This document shows positions 17,660 through 42,330 of a stretch of DNA of 64,000 nt, one piece after another; position 1 is the first letter of the stretch, and each line of letters starts with the position of its first letter. The stretch is from NCBI RefSeq assembly GCF_009914755.1, contig NC_060941.1; one strand, 5' to 3'. The notes under the pieces were generated by a model. That model was not told where the DNA came from and did not search any database. It saw nothing but the letters and a program-made list of their open reading frames with translations. This DNA comes from the human T2T-CHM13v2.0 reference genome, Homo sapiens. The position numbers were made by a program, and so were the translations under genes.

Positions 17660-18590
17660 AATGCTGTTAATTGAGTCCCAATCTGTTTCTCTAGCCTCAC
17701 TCTCTTCCCAAGCTCCGAACTCATACACCCATTTAGATTCCTCACCAGCACTTCAAATTATATTTTTTCAAAATGGAATTCATCAGCTTCCCTAGTGAAC
17801 CTGCTCTTCTTTTTGACCTCCGTAGTGCTGTGAACTGCACCACGTTTCCAGTCATCCAGAAAGCAATGTCTTTATCTCTCTTCCTCTCCCTGACCACCTC
17901 ACATACCTAAAGCAGTTGCCAGATTATAGCCGGTTATCACATACCTCTGCTTATCTCCATTTCCAGTGTTCACATTTAAATAATACATCTAGAGTATTTT
18001 ACAATGTGCCAAAAAACTTCTACATAGATTGTTTTCTTTAACCCCTAAAGCTTGTGAGTTATCTAATATCCACAGAAAAACTGTAAGTGAATGTTTTGGC
18101 TCACCCCTAACTGCCACCTAGGAAAAGAGTTTAGGCATTGTGAATTCAGGCTCCATCCTATTTTTCTATAAATCCTTCACTCAAGCAGTGTCAATGATTC
18201 CTGTTTTCTCTCTCATTAACCCCTAGACTGACAAGCTCATCCTCTTCCCTCAAATAAGCCCAGGACTTTTCTGCCTTTGCCTTTATTCATAATGTTCTTC
18301 CCACCTTAAATGTTATTATCCCAACCACTGGCCCTCAAAATCTTATCCATTCATCAAACTTCTGTGAAGCCTTTTCTGACTCTCCTTTTTCAGTCTGATT
18401 TTGATCTCTTCCTTCCCGTGAACCTCCAACACTTGGATTCTACTTGTTTTATTATAGTGCTTTCTCATTTTGCTTGTTAAAGTTATTCATGTGATGTCTT
18501 ACCTCTGTCTCATTAAGCTATAAACCTCTTCTACAGTTTATTATATAATATCTTAAACATAATATGCAAATACTTGTTGAATCAAATAAA
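17660..18590 (+). mobile_element. Degenerate L2 fragments
   Basis: Pyrimidine-rich L2-like phrases ending aaatacttgttgaatcaaat. Confidence 0.5.
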
Positions 18591-18949
18591 ATCCTCAGAA
18601 AACCACTGACGAGTTATAAGGATGTGCAAACTAAAAGGTAAAGGATACATGCAGCTCACTCCTTGTTTCCCCTAACCTAGTAACTCTTTATGTTCAAATC
18701 AGGATGGCTTCCTTAACTATTCATAAGTACTCTGCGTACCCATTCCTTAGGGCCCAACTACTTATCTAATAACAGATCTCACTGAGCCTTCTCTCTCATT
18801 CACAATAGAAAAGTATATTGTCCCATAATGTTCTAAAATTTTATTTGCCTTGTTTCTGTAACATTGTAAACAAAGGTAAACTTCCACATCTTCTGCATTC
18901 TTCCAGACTCTGAAAAACTGTAGTCACTCAAATACCTGATGATCTACTA

Positions 18950-19876
<927 letters not shown>

Positions 19877-19959
19877 GTATAATTTATAAGAAAATACTTC
19901 TATACAACTATATATTTTTGAAATAATTCCTGGGTTAATAGGGAATTCATAAATGTAAT

Positions 19960-20930
19960 AAACTTTTTATTTTAGAATAGTTTCAGATTTACAGAAAAGT
20001 TACAAAGTTAGTACAGTGTTCCCACATATCCACACTCACTTATCCTATCATGAACATCTAACATTAATATGGGACATTTGTCACAATTAATGAACCAATA
20101 CATTATTATACATTAATATTATACATTAATTAAAATTGGTGTTTTATTCAGATTTCCTTACTTTTTACATACTGTAGAACACCGTAATACATTTAGTCAT
20201 GTCTCCTAATGCTCCTTGTGGCTGTAATAGTTTCTCTGGCTTTCCTATTGTTTCTCAGACTTGTTATTTATGGCCTTGATGGTTTTGAGGAAAATATTGG
20301 TAAGGTATTTTGTGGAATGCTCCTCAACTGGGATTTGTCTAACTTCTCATGATTAGACGGGGTTTATGAGTTGTTGGGAGGAAGACCACAAAGGTAAAGG
20401 TACCATTCTCATAACATCATATCAAGGGTACATACTATCAACATGATTTATCACTGTTGATATTAACCTTGACCTAGCTAAAGTAGTGTTTGTCAAGTTT
20501 TTCCACTGTAAAGTTCCTCTTTTTCCCCCTTTCTATACTGTACTCTTTGGAAGGATGTCACTATACAAAACCCACACATAAGGACTAGAGAGTTATACTA
20601 TACCTCCTTAAGAGTGGGATATCTACATAAATTGTTTGGAATTATTCTGCATGGGAGATTTGTCTATCCCCTATCTAATCATTTATATCAGTATGGACTC
20701 ACAAACATTTGTTTTGTACTTTGGGTTATAATCCAATACTACTTTATTTTATTGCTCAAATTTTTCCAGCTTTGGCCATTGGGAGCTCTTTCCATTGGTT
20801 CGTGTGTTCCTTTGACATACTTCCATCATTGAGGGGAAAGGAAGAGCTCTTTCTTACTGATGGAAAATGCTCTAGGCTCATTTAAGTTCCCTACCCTGGC
20901 CTCAGAATTAGTCATTTCTCCAAGCAACCC
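19960..20930 (-). mobile_element. L1MC-type 3' region
   Basis: tttagaatagtttcagatttacagaaaagttacaaag..acatttgtcacaattaatgaaccaata is a reverse L1MC 3' UTR. Confidence 0.75.
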
Positions 20931-21972
20931 TAGGAATTACCAAATTTAAACATCCATAAAGACCCAAAATTTTCAAATATAAACAGTTGAGCCAATGAAC
21001 CCTTCAGCTCCTAAGGTCTACCTTCACTAGATCATTAAGTTCCATGATATCAAGAACTTAACTTTGATCTCCACTGTATACCCAGAGTCTAGAAAAAAGT
21101 GCACAGTAGGCATTCAATAACTACTATAAACACCGAACCTCTGAGACTCCAGAAGGTGGCTCCAGATTGAGTCATAACATAACTCATCATTCCAATGGAA
21201 TCTGCCTAGATTTCTCATGTTTAGACTCCTGTTCTAACACCACTATGTCTAATTCACTGCATTGTTTTACAGTAAACAAAAAGCTTCCTTTTTCCACTGC
21301 TCCTCCCTTTTATTCCATCGCAAGCCAGAAGTTTTGTTAAGTATTCCCCAGTAAAATTTCCAGTGCAAAGGAATATACATCACATTTCCTAGATTCTTTC
21401 TATAATGGCGTATTGCCATTTACATCATCCTTTTCCGAGTTCCATTGAAATTACCATTTTTAACTTGCTATGTAGAGTTTAAATGAAAGGCATAATGCCA
21501 AATCCTTATCAACATTAGCAGCAGAAGAAAAATTACTGACAAAAATCTACTGATACCAAGTTGGACATAATGCCCTCAAAACACCTAGTTAGTATGTATG
21601 TAAAAGCATCTAAACCCTACCAATATTCCTTGACAAATCTATACGTAGACAGGAAAAAGCTTAAGTTAAACGTAAGTTGTCTTGTCTATACATATTTGAT
21701 AATGTGAAGACATGGTTCCCTCCATAGCTTATCCATATATATGCAAAATAAGCTAAAATTATAATGGGGTGGTTCTACTAAACAACTTTATGATATAATT
21801 ACAATATTCACTAATTTGTGATGGCTTGTTTTTCAGAGAAAGTTACCGCATGCAAAAATAAAGCTACAACAAATGACACACTACTGACTAAAAAGCAAGT
21901 CTGATAATCCTACAATAGAGTCCTCCTTCAACCTTAATACGATATCAAAATGCTATAAATTATACTGCCTTA

Positions 21973-22580
<608 letters not shown>

Positions 22581-22669
22581 AGGGGAGGGAAGGAGAGGGG
22601 AGGGGGAAAGAAAATAGTATTGCCTCAATAAAATATCATTTATAGAGAGTATGAGCCATAGAGGATAAG

Positions 22670-23042
22670 TGATCTGTGGCCACATTTGCAGTATGTGATC
22701 CTGACCCACTGGCCACTGCTAATTGGATAATAAGCAGCTACCACATCCAGTATGAGCCAGTCAGATCCTCTCTCTTGGGAAACTAGCATTCACAGCCAGT
22801 GCCTCTACAGAGAAGGAAGCATAAGCATTTAGAAAGATGGTTCTCCTGACTCTAGGGGGCCACTGGTAATAACAATCTCAGTTTCTGAGGCTTTCCAGTT
22901 TCTGGATCCTGTCTCTCCAAAGCCAGGCCACACACCTTCCCCTTTGGGTGCCAAAACTATATCCTCCCAATAATTTCTCTTTTTGCTTAAGTTAGTCTGA
23001 ATGGGTCGCTTTCCTGTTACTTGCAACCAAAAATGTCTGAAG
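22670..23042 (+). mobile_element. Old MLT1 (K/L-like) LTR
   Basis: 3' text aataatttctctttttgcttaagttagtctgaatggg..ctgttacttgcaaccaaaa. Confidence 0.55.
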
Positions 23043-23386
23043 ATAAAGGGAATCTGCAGTGCTTACCAAAGCACTGTCATATGCCAAAAAGCACACTTAA
23101 GCAAAAATGCAAATGTGTTAAATCCCCAAATCATTAACATTTTACAAGTTAAAATGTTTTCAAATGTTAGTCCTAATCTTAAATATTAACAAAAATGACA
23201 TGTGTTCAAAAAATTGCTATGCAGATAAGAACACATGAACATGCTTCTAATATACAATTTTGTATTCAACACAGATCTCTGTTTTATGACACTAGCAAAT
23301 TAACATAGTGTAGATTATGAGCCCACATATGTAGAACTGGTATTGGTTGGTGTATGTCTACTCTATCACCTTAAAGTCATGGTCCT

Positions 23387-23560
23387 CATGGTTCTCAAAC
23401 TTTAGCACGTATCTTATCTCTTCCTAGAGGGCCTGTTAAAATACACCGCTGAGTCCTAACTCCAGAGTTCCTAATTCAGTAGGTCTATATGGGGCCCCAT
23501 GACTCAATTCCCAGTGATGCCAATGTTGCTGGTCTCAGCACCAGACTTTGAAAACCACGG
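23387..23560. mobile_element. MER5A DNA transposon
   Basis: catggttctcaaacttt ... aattcagtaggtct ... actttgaaaaccacgg with TIR-like ends. Confidence 0.65.
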
Positions 23561-23749
23561 CCTTAAATAATGGCTCTCTACTTTTAGGGGAATGAGATGG
23601 TGATGGTAAAGCGCTCCTTTGAAAATTTAAGAAAAACTATGTACTTAGACAATACACACACTTTAAAGGGTTTACAGAAACTCAAAAGCTCATCCACATA
23701 CTCTTCCAAATGATTCTACATTAAGAACCTCATTAAAGAACAACATAGG

Positions 23750-24562
<813 letters not shown>

Positions 24563-24759
24563 TCACTTTGTCATTAAAAAATTGATGAAATTATAACTAT
24601 AAAATAGACAAAATCTATATCTAGATTTAACAGAAAAACACTTAGGAATAACATTAAACTATCACATGAAGGACATGCACGTATTCCCCTAAAAAAAAAA
24701 AACAAACAAAAACCTCTAGATTAAAGCTGATGTACAAATATGATAGGCTCCAGTCTTTA

Positions 24760-25228
<469 letters not shown>

Positions 25229-25482
25229 CCTTTAGATGAGTTGAGAAACAGATTAAAACCCAGTCAAGCTGACAGTTTTCTCCATTAGACCACTTTTCAA
25301 AGTATATAGCTACTGAACTACACGCAGACCTCTCCCCTAATATCCACATCCTCATATCCAAATGACTACTAAACTCTGACAAACCCTAATCTGGACACCT
25401 AGTCTGCTGCGGCCAATGCAGATGTAAGCAGGTGACATAATCCTAACTCAGGTATATCACATACAAAACAGAGGCAGTTAGA

Positions 25483-25761
25483 TGTTATAATTTCATACCA
25501 CATGTATGCTATAGACCATCTCCAGCCAGTTCCCTGCTTACCATCCAACAAACCCAGATATCACCACCAACCAATCAAGAACACTCAAAAATTTGGCTTT
25601 TCTAATATGGAAAAGGACAGTTCATGATCTTTTGGCTTTAAAGGATCTCCATCCCTGACAGCGCGCTTAGACTTTGTGCTGGATTAGGCTTCCTGCTTGG
25701 CAATAAAGTTTTTTCACTCAGTACACAATCTTTGGTCTCCAACAGTCTTTGTACTTTAACA
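25483..25761 (+). mobile_element. Putative ERV1-class 5' LTR
   Basis: TG...ACA bounded, contains CCAATCA and AATAAA, and is immediately followed by PBS-like tttggaagtcccacacagat. Confidence 0.55.
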
Positions 25762-28620
<2,859 letters not shown>

Positions 28621-28965
28621 TCTCTAGGGAGTCCTTGAAAAGCAACTATTAGTCAAATGCAGTGGTAAGGTCAAGTCAGAAAAGTCTGTTTCATCAGTTA
28701 GAGCACTAGTATCCTCCCTAAGAGCAGCTTCATAAGAGTAGTGGGCAAAGGCTGGGTTAGTGCATAAATGAAAGGTGAAGGTCATGTGTAGTGGCTCATG
28801 CTGTAATCCCAGCACTCTGGGAGGCCAACGCAGGAGGATCACTTGAGTCCAGGAGTGCAAGACCAGCCTGGGCAACATGGCAAGACCCCATCTCTACAAA
28901 AAATTTACAAATTAGCCGGGTGTGGTGGCGTGTGCCTGTAGTCCCAGCTACTCAGGTCAAAAAAA

Positions 28966-29035
28966 GGGAGAGAGGGACGGGGGTGAGGTGGGGTGGAGAG
29001 GGAGGGAGGAATGGAGGTGGGGGGGAGAGAGGGGG

Positions 29036-29099
<64 letters not shown>

Positions 29100-29113
29100 G
29101 AGAGACAGAGAGA
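28966..29113 (+). repeat. G-rich polypurine tract and (GA)n microsatellite
   Basis: G-runs followed by a long GA repeat, read directly. Confidence 0.95.
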
Positions 29114-30484
29114 TGAAAACAAGGATACACATCACAAGAGCAGACTACTCTTTGTAAAGGTCAGACCTAAAATGAAGAAATGCAGGGGTTGAAGGAAATG
29201 GGCTAAGAAAGGACTTTAAAGATGAGAGACACATGTGGATATTTAAATTCTGAAAGAAGATAAAAAGAGTACTTAATAGGACAAAGTTCCAGAGTCCAGA
29301 GAGGAGAATTAACTAACCTTCACAGGTGAGGAACACACCTTGACTGGTCATCTTTGAAAACCAGCCCAGCTCCTAAAATCTCCTCTCTCAGAACATAAAA
29401 TGCACTTAAACACCCCCTCCCAAAAAACAAAACACCATGAAACAAACAAAAAACAGAAATTTGACATGACCCTAATTCCACCTCTGCCCTCATTTTCACA
29501 CTTTTTATTGGATGTAAGAAATATTTACACAATAATTAATATGCATTGAGCATTTACTACTTCTCAGACATGGTGCTTATGCACGTTATATGGATTAGCT
29601 CATTAAACACCAGACAGGATCAGCAACATGGGGTCAGCAAAACTGCACTTTGCTATCATATCTGCCTCTCAACATCTATTAACCACCCACCACCCTAGTA
29701 TTATTCTAAGACTCTCTTTTTTTGCGGGGGGGGGGGGGGGGGTGGACAGAGGCACACTCGCCCACGCTGAGTACAATGTTGCGATCTCGGCTCACTGCCA
29801 ACCTCTGCCTCCCGGGTTCAAGCAATTCTCCTGCCTCAGCCTCCCAAGTAGCTGGGATTACAATCGCTCACTACCACACCCAGCTAATTTTTGTATTTTT
29901 AGTAGAGACGGGGTTTCACTATGTTGACCAGGCTGGTCTCAAACTCCTGACCTCAAATGATCTGCCCACCTCGACCTCCCAAAGTGCTGGGATTACAGGC
30001 ATAAGCCACCACCTCTTTTTAAAAAGGGGTGGGTGGGAGGAAGCAAAGCTAAATTTTAATCTCCAGAAATTTTGACTTGCCACATCAATCACAAATTTAT
30101 ACATTAGCTCAGATGTCCGGAGCTAGACTGGCCAAAGTGTCGTGCAATCCACACCACATGGTTAATAACTGACCATGCCCCTACACACTCCTAACATCAA
30201 CCCTCCCAGGAAATGTGTGTCTATTAAACCAAATCCATTTCCAATTGACTTATACTCAGGGCAGCTGTGGGAAAGAGAGATGGGCAGGAAACAAACAAAC
30301 AAAAACTTCTCTTAATTCAAAACACATAGTCAGCCTATTTGACCTAAAACCTGGTCTTAAGGAAGTTACAAATGCTTCCTATATTCTCTTTTCAGCTGAA
30401 GGGGAAAATGAGACAAGTCTTGGGGAAAAAAACTGTTCAAAGGCCTCCAGACTTCTGTCAAGAGACCTAAACAATTTAGGAAGA

Positions 30485-30740
30485 CAGTGTAACACAGAGC
30501 TTAGAGACAGGAATAAAACACATCTGGTTTCAAATTCCAGCTTCCCACGCTTAAGAGAAGGGCTGTGAGCCCTTGGACAAATGACTTAACCTCTCTGAGA
30601 TCAGTGTTTTCTGATGACAATATGATAGTATTTGTACTCGCCTACTTCAGAGTATTATTTTGAGGATTAAGTGAGATGACTTAGGTAAAGAGTTTCTTAA
30701 AACTTTGCAAATAGGGATACACAGTATTTATTGTTATAAC
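30485..30740 (+). mobile_element. MIR SINE
   Basis: ctggtttcaaattccagct..ccttggacaaatgacttaacctctctgagatcagtgtttt. Confidence 0.7.
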
Positions 30741-31699
30741 AGAAGGTAGAGGCTGCATGTGGTGGCTCAAGTCTGTAATCTCAGCACTTTGGGAGGCCAA
30801 GGCAGGGAGATAGCTTGAGCCCAGAAGTTCGAGGCCAGCCTGGGCAACCTGAGGAGACCCTGTCTCTATAAAAACACAAAAATTAGCCAGGCGTGGTGGC
30901 ACGCACCTATAGTCCCAGCTACTTGGGAGGCTGAAGTGGGAGGATGGCTTGAGCCCAGGAGGCCGAGGCTGCAGTGAGCCATGATCATATCACTGTACTC
31001 CATCCTGGGTGACAAAGCAAGACCCTGTTTCAAAAACAAAACAAAACAAAAAAACAGATCTCTACCTATAGATTCTTCTATATCCAGGTACTGGGAGTCA
31101 ATCAGGGTCCCTCAAAATCAAATAGAGGAAAGAACAACTTCAAAGAGAAAGCAGAGTATAAAAACAGAGAAAGAACACTCCCTTTCCACTTAAACCCTCC
31201 ATACCCACACCGGTATCATTCCATCCCAGGTGAAAATGTTTATTAGCTGGGTAAAAATAAATACATAAATCCCTTTACCATATATTTACAATACAATATA
31301 GTAAGAATAACCATTAAATATGTCATATTCACTTTGTTGCAAGTTTAAATTCCAGGATTCAACTAGCATCATTGGTTTGTTTTTCACATAACATGAATTA
31401 TCTTACAACTTCAGTTGATTAGAGGCATTAGAGAATCAGTAATAATTCTGGTCCCTACAATTCTGAGCCTTCAATAATATGCTGAAAACACCAAACAACT
31501 TTCAATTCTAAACTTTAGAGGTAACTTATAAACACAGGCAACTACCAAGAGATTAGCCCCCCACCCCCCAAAAAAATGTTGTGAAGAGTTTTATACTCTC
31601 CATACAAAGTTACTGTAAAAACATAAAATTTATATAGGCTGAGTGTGGTGGCTCATGCCTGTCATCCCAACACTTTAGGAGGCCGAGGTGGGCAGATCA

Positions 31700-31998
<299 letters not shown>

Positions 31999-32769
31999 TT
32001 AAAGATGTGGCAAATCCCCTCATTTTCAGCTGGGCATTTCTTTACCACCTTCCACAGCACCAGGTATTCCTGGGTCTATAGGCAGTCTGGCTTTCTCCAC
32101 AAGATAAATCTTTGACTTTTTTGTGAGGTTGGGTAAGAACACTCATCTGCTTGCCTAGGATGAGGCATGTATAGAACTTTCCACTGACTTTAAACCATTT
32201 CCTGCTTTCAGCTTCACATCTTGCTTGCACCCTCAGAGATACCTGGCACCTTCAATTCCTGAGTCTTCCTAGAGATAGGTGATATGAACTGGCTAGAATC
32301 ATGCAAGGAATTGGTATCCGCCTCTGTAGATATTTTATATTCCACTTTCTCAGCTAATTAATCTACTCCAACCACCTTCCATTTCCCTGAAGTTTTTTTA
32401 TACCACTTATTTACTGTCTCCTGTTCTTTCTGCTCTTGCAGATTTATGCTGTTTTCATTCTCTTACTCACTGTGAATGGGGCTTGGGGACAGAGCAGAAA
32501 TAAACATATTTGTTCAATTCAAGCTTAAAAAGAAGACACAGTCCTTGAATGATTTTTATCTGATGCTAATACATATCCTGGGTGCATTCAGATTTCATGA
32601 AGCCTGGAGTTTACAGAGTTTGGAGGCTCCATTTTAAGAGCACAGAATTGGGTATTGACAGCCAATATTCAATTTAGAATGAGAAAATAAATCATAAATT
32701 TTAACAAACTGGCAAAAGCCACAAACATCATAACCTAATAATAATAATAATAATATTTGTTATGACAAG

Positions 32770-35800
<3,031 letters not shown>

Positions 35801-35846
35801 TGAGTTTTTTTTTTTTCCTTTTTCTTTTTTTTTTTTTTTTTTTTGA

Positions 35847-36122
<276 letters not shown>

Positions 36123-36849
36123 TGACCAATTTTTGTATTTTTATTAGAGACAGTGTTTCGTCATGTTGGGCAGGCTGGTCTCAAACTCCTGACCTCAAGT
36201 GATCTGCCTGCCTCAGCCTCCCAAAGTGCTGGGATTACAGGCGTAAGCCACCACGCTCAGCCTGTTGTTATTGATGGCTTAGAAAAGTTTTCTTTTAGCA
36301 CAGGAACATCATCAATAAATAATGTTATATCAACTTTTAGGACTATGGTCAAATCTGGGAAAATTCTTAACAAGTCTCTTTCATTAAAGCTACAAAATCT
36401 TAAAGAATTTTCCCCAGACTGGCTTTTGACATCAAACCTTGTTTTTCCTCTACTAACCACACACTTTGGGTGCCAGATGCCATAGGACACATTCATATTG
36501 CTAGACAACCTCTAGCTATGCACGTTTATGTCACAATGCCCCATGAGTTAGCACAACAGACATAGAGTATTCCTAGAAACCATTCCCATACTGGGATGGC
36601 TAGTAATACCTTGACTATACACAAAGAGGCTATGAACCATGTAAACATATCCTGCTAAAATCCAACTAAATATCTCTCCAAGTCAATTTCCCCATAGCCA
36701 GACCCCAAAAGTGCCCACAGCCATTCCAATGCCACCCAACATAAGGAAGAGTGTAACAAAGGGGAAGTCAGGTAAAAAGACGGCAATTTTAGCTGACTGT
36801 GGTTTAGATAACTTACATTTGCAAATTCTTCAAAGATATGTGACCACAT

Positions 36850-36990
36850 ACTGGCAATGTTCTGTTTCTTGATCTGGATGCTAGTTATATATGTGTGTTC
36901 AGTTTGTGAAAAATCTTAAACTACACACTTATAATATTTATGAATTTTCTCATTCATATATTATATACCAATAAAACTTTTTAAAAATTA
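36850..36990 (+). mobile_element. L1ME 3'-end fragment
   Basis: ggcaatgttctgtttcttgatctggatgctagtta...caataaaactttttaaaaa. Confidence 0.6.
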
Positions 36991-37049
36991 ACCAAGTGAA
37001 CACATTGCTAGGGTCCCTCCCAGACCCTCAGATTGGGTCTTGAAAATTA

Positions 37050-37394
<345 letters not shown>

Positions 37395-37669
37395 TCATAA
37401 GATGTGGTGTCTAATACCAGCTATACCATGAATTACCCATGGGACTTGGAGAAGACACATATGCCTCCCTAAGCAATTTTCTCACCTAAAATGGGGAAGT
37501 TTAAGTCAGACTATAAACTCTAAGACTTCTTTCCAGTAGTCACTCAAGAAATACTTCCCAAGTACCCGTTACTGTTTGGCATCACATTAGGTAAATGAAA
37601 CACACACACAATCCCTGCCCTGTGGGTGCTCCCCATCTAATAGGGATTAAAAAACAATGAGCAGCATTA

Positions 37670-37925
37670 GGTAAAAACTAATCGGAATAAATATGGATTT
37701 TAGTTAATAAAAGTGTACCAATATTGGTTCATTAATTATAACAAATATACCATACTAATGTAAGATTAGTTTAGTTAATAGGGAAAACTGGTTATGGAAA
37801 TACAGGAATTCTATACTATCTTCAGATTTACAGATCTTTAGATTTACAGATTTTTCTTATCTTTAGACTTACAGGTTTTTCTATACATCTAAAAGTATTC
37901 TAAAATCAAAAGTTTATTTTTAAAA
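37670..37925 (+). mobile_element. L1MC/MD 3'-end fragment
   Basis: aataaatatggattttagttaataa..caatattggttcattaattataacaaatataccatactaatgtaagat. Confidence 0.6.
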
Positions 37926-38574
37926 AGACAGTAAACAGGTAAATAAATGAATATTAAAAGAAATTGTGTTCAGTTCTCAGAAGTTAACAGGATATTATGG
38001 AGGTAGCATAATGAGAGTAGAGACTACTTTAGACAGACTACTTAGGAACTCTTTGAGATAATACAACTGACACAGAAAAATAAGAAGAAACAAGAGAAAG
38101 AAAATTCCTTCAAAAGAAAGAATATATACAAAGACTCTGAGGTGGAAGAGATTGGCCTTTTCAAGAAATTAAAAGAAAATCCACGTGACTAAAGCATAAT
38201 GAGCAAAGGAAAGCCCAGTCAACAGGGGCAGATTATATAAGGTCTTGGATAAATAGTGTCTATTTCATTCAAAGTATAATGGAAAGACACTGGAGGGTTA
38301 AAGCAAGGAAGTAAAATCATCCAATTTACTTTTTTCTTTTTTAATTCATGAAGCTATACTGTGGAGAATGGATTATAGACGGGTTAAGGAAAAACAATGA
38401 GGCCGGGCACAGTGGCTCACACCTATAATCCCAGCACTTTGGGAGGCCAAGGCAGGCAGATCACGAGGTCAGGAGACCAAGACCATCCTGGCCAACATGG
38501 TGAAACCCCGTCTGTACTAAAAATACAAAAATTAGCTGGGCATGGTGGCGGGTGCCTGTGATCCCAGCTACTCA

Positions 38575-38766
<192 letters not shown>

Positions 38767-39159
38767 TTATAATATTTTTTCAATACAAAAATCATTCCAA
38801 AAAAAAACATTTCAGAGAATTAAAGAATTAAATTCACATATTCATATAAATTATTTTATTCAGATAGTATCTGCTTTTTTACCAATCTGCTTCTCTATGA
38901 CCTTTATAATCCTTTATCAAAATAATTTATGGATTTTATACTTTAATAAGCTATCATAACTCTTCTAGAAGCTGCTGAAAATTTTTATGCCATTTGTTAA
39001 GTGCTCTGTAATAAAATTCCTGGAAATTCAAAGGTAGAACATAAAATAAATTATAAAAGCTGAAAATTTTTATCTATTAGATTAATATATCAAAGAATAA
39101 ATAGTCCAACCCCCCAAAAAAAACAAAAAGTAGCAGCACCTGCTGCCACTGCCACCACC

Positions 39160-39900
<741 letters not shown>

Positions 39901-40461
39901 AGCCCTTTCTAGCAAATATGTGATAATTCATGTGAATAATTGGGAGGAGGAGAAGAATTTGTTTGGCTAGCAATGCAGGTCGATTTTCCAGCTTCCAAGT
40001 ATCTAAGGGATCTGGAAAAGCTATGTAATATTACTGTAACTCACAGAAAGCAAGGTACATCCTCCCTAAAGTCAGCATAATTGGCCTTATAATCTCTACA
40101 GATTCTTTACCTGCATCATGATTCTTCTATAGCAAAAGAGAATGGATAAATATACTTATCAGGCCACTGAGTAGTCAACTGAGAGCCTTGCACTATATAA
40201 TCCTACTAAATGTAGTAGTTATTTATTATGGCCTAAATTAATCCCTGGCCTCTCCTGAAACAAAAATGAGTGAGCCATTTATTGCAGAAGCATCAAAACT
40301 GCCAAACAAAGCAAAAATTAAGTTTACTCTTTTGAACCAAGAATTATCACACATTACCACTAAGAAGGACAGACAGATCTTTTAAATTATGTTTATCAGC
40401 CATCCCTTTTTAAAACTTTCATTCATTTAATTAACACATATCTATTAAGCACTGTGTGTAG

Positions 40462-40740
<279 letters not shown>

Positions 40741-40811
40741 TAGAGACGGAGTTTCACCCTGTTATCCAGGCTTAAGTTGAATTTTACCCTTTATTTTTTA
40801 CTTTGAGATAG

Positions 40812-41051
<240 letters not shown>

Positions 41052-41166
41052 TGAGATTACAGGCATGAGCCACTGCACCCGGCCTAAATTGAATTTTAAA
41101 TCAATATATTAATACAATGAGAATTATGCTAAAGTAGTACAGGAGAATAAATAAGGGTGTGCTAGA

Positions 41167-41515
41167 TGTTTTGTTTTCTATTTAATCCTCCAGATCTATT
41201 CTCCATCCTTTACCCTGTGCCCTAGGAGGCTGCCGTCATGTACTACATAAACTGGGCTCTTTGTTCTCTGGCTTTAAATCGGGTTCAATAAATGAGAAGC
41301 AACAACCAGGGTCTCTCTGGACTCCCACAACTACTCTCTCCCTTTGCCCTTGCTGGGCCAAATATGGTGCAACTTCCTATCATTGCTAGTCCCTAGGTGC
41401 TGCACTATTCCTTGCTGGATTCCCGTAACCCTTCCCATACCATTGTAAATACCTGCTTCATTACACTCTTTGACCTAATTAAGAGTGTTACTTGTTTCCT
41501 ATCAGGATACTAATA
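41167..41515 (+). mobile_element. LTR33-like ERVL LTR
   Basis: ccctgtgccctaggaggctg..ttgctagtccctagg..taacccttcccataccattgtaaatacc..ttcattacactct. Confidence 0.55.
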
Positions 41516-42168
41516 GAGAGGGACACCTAACTCAGTCTGGGGAAGCCTGGGAAGAATTCTCAGAGGAGATGATGCTTCAGCTACGTTTTTTGTTTGTTTG
41601 TTTTTTGAGACTGAGTCTCAATCTGTGGCCCAGGCTGGAGTGCAGTGGTGTGATCTCGGCTCACTGCAGCCTCTGCCTCCTGGGTTCAGGCGATTCTCCT
41701 GCCTCAGCCTCCTAAGTAGCTGGATTATAGGTGCGCGCCACCAAGCCTGGCTAATTTTTATATTTTTAGTGGAGATGGGGTTTCACCATATCGCCCAGGC
41801 TGGTCTCAAACTCCTGGAGTGCAGTGGCACAATCTTGGCTCACTGCAACCTCTGCCTGCTGGGCTCAAACCATCCTCCCACCTCAGCCTCCCAAGTAGTT
41901 GGGACTACAGGTACGCACCACACACCAGGCTAATTTTTGCAGTTTTTGTAGAGACGGAGTTTCACCATGTTGCTCAGGCAATCCACCTGCCTCAGCCTTC
42001 AAAGCGCTGGGATTTCAGGCATAAGCCACCGCGCCCAGCCTCAGCTATGTCTTAAAACTGGAGCACCAAGCTTGGTGGCTCATGCCTGTACTCCCAACAA
42101 TTTAGGAGGTTAAGGCAGGAAGATCTAATTGAGCTCAGGAGTTTGAGACCAGCCTTGGCAACACATCA

Positions 42169-42330
<162 letters not shown>

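Noticed and set aside
21643-21694. Imperfect inverted repeat (gtagacagga ... tcttgtctat) as a possible snoRNA or miRNA hairpin
   Set aside because: Only ~10-bp stem with G-U pairs and no convincing H/ACA or C/D box arrangement.
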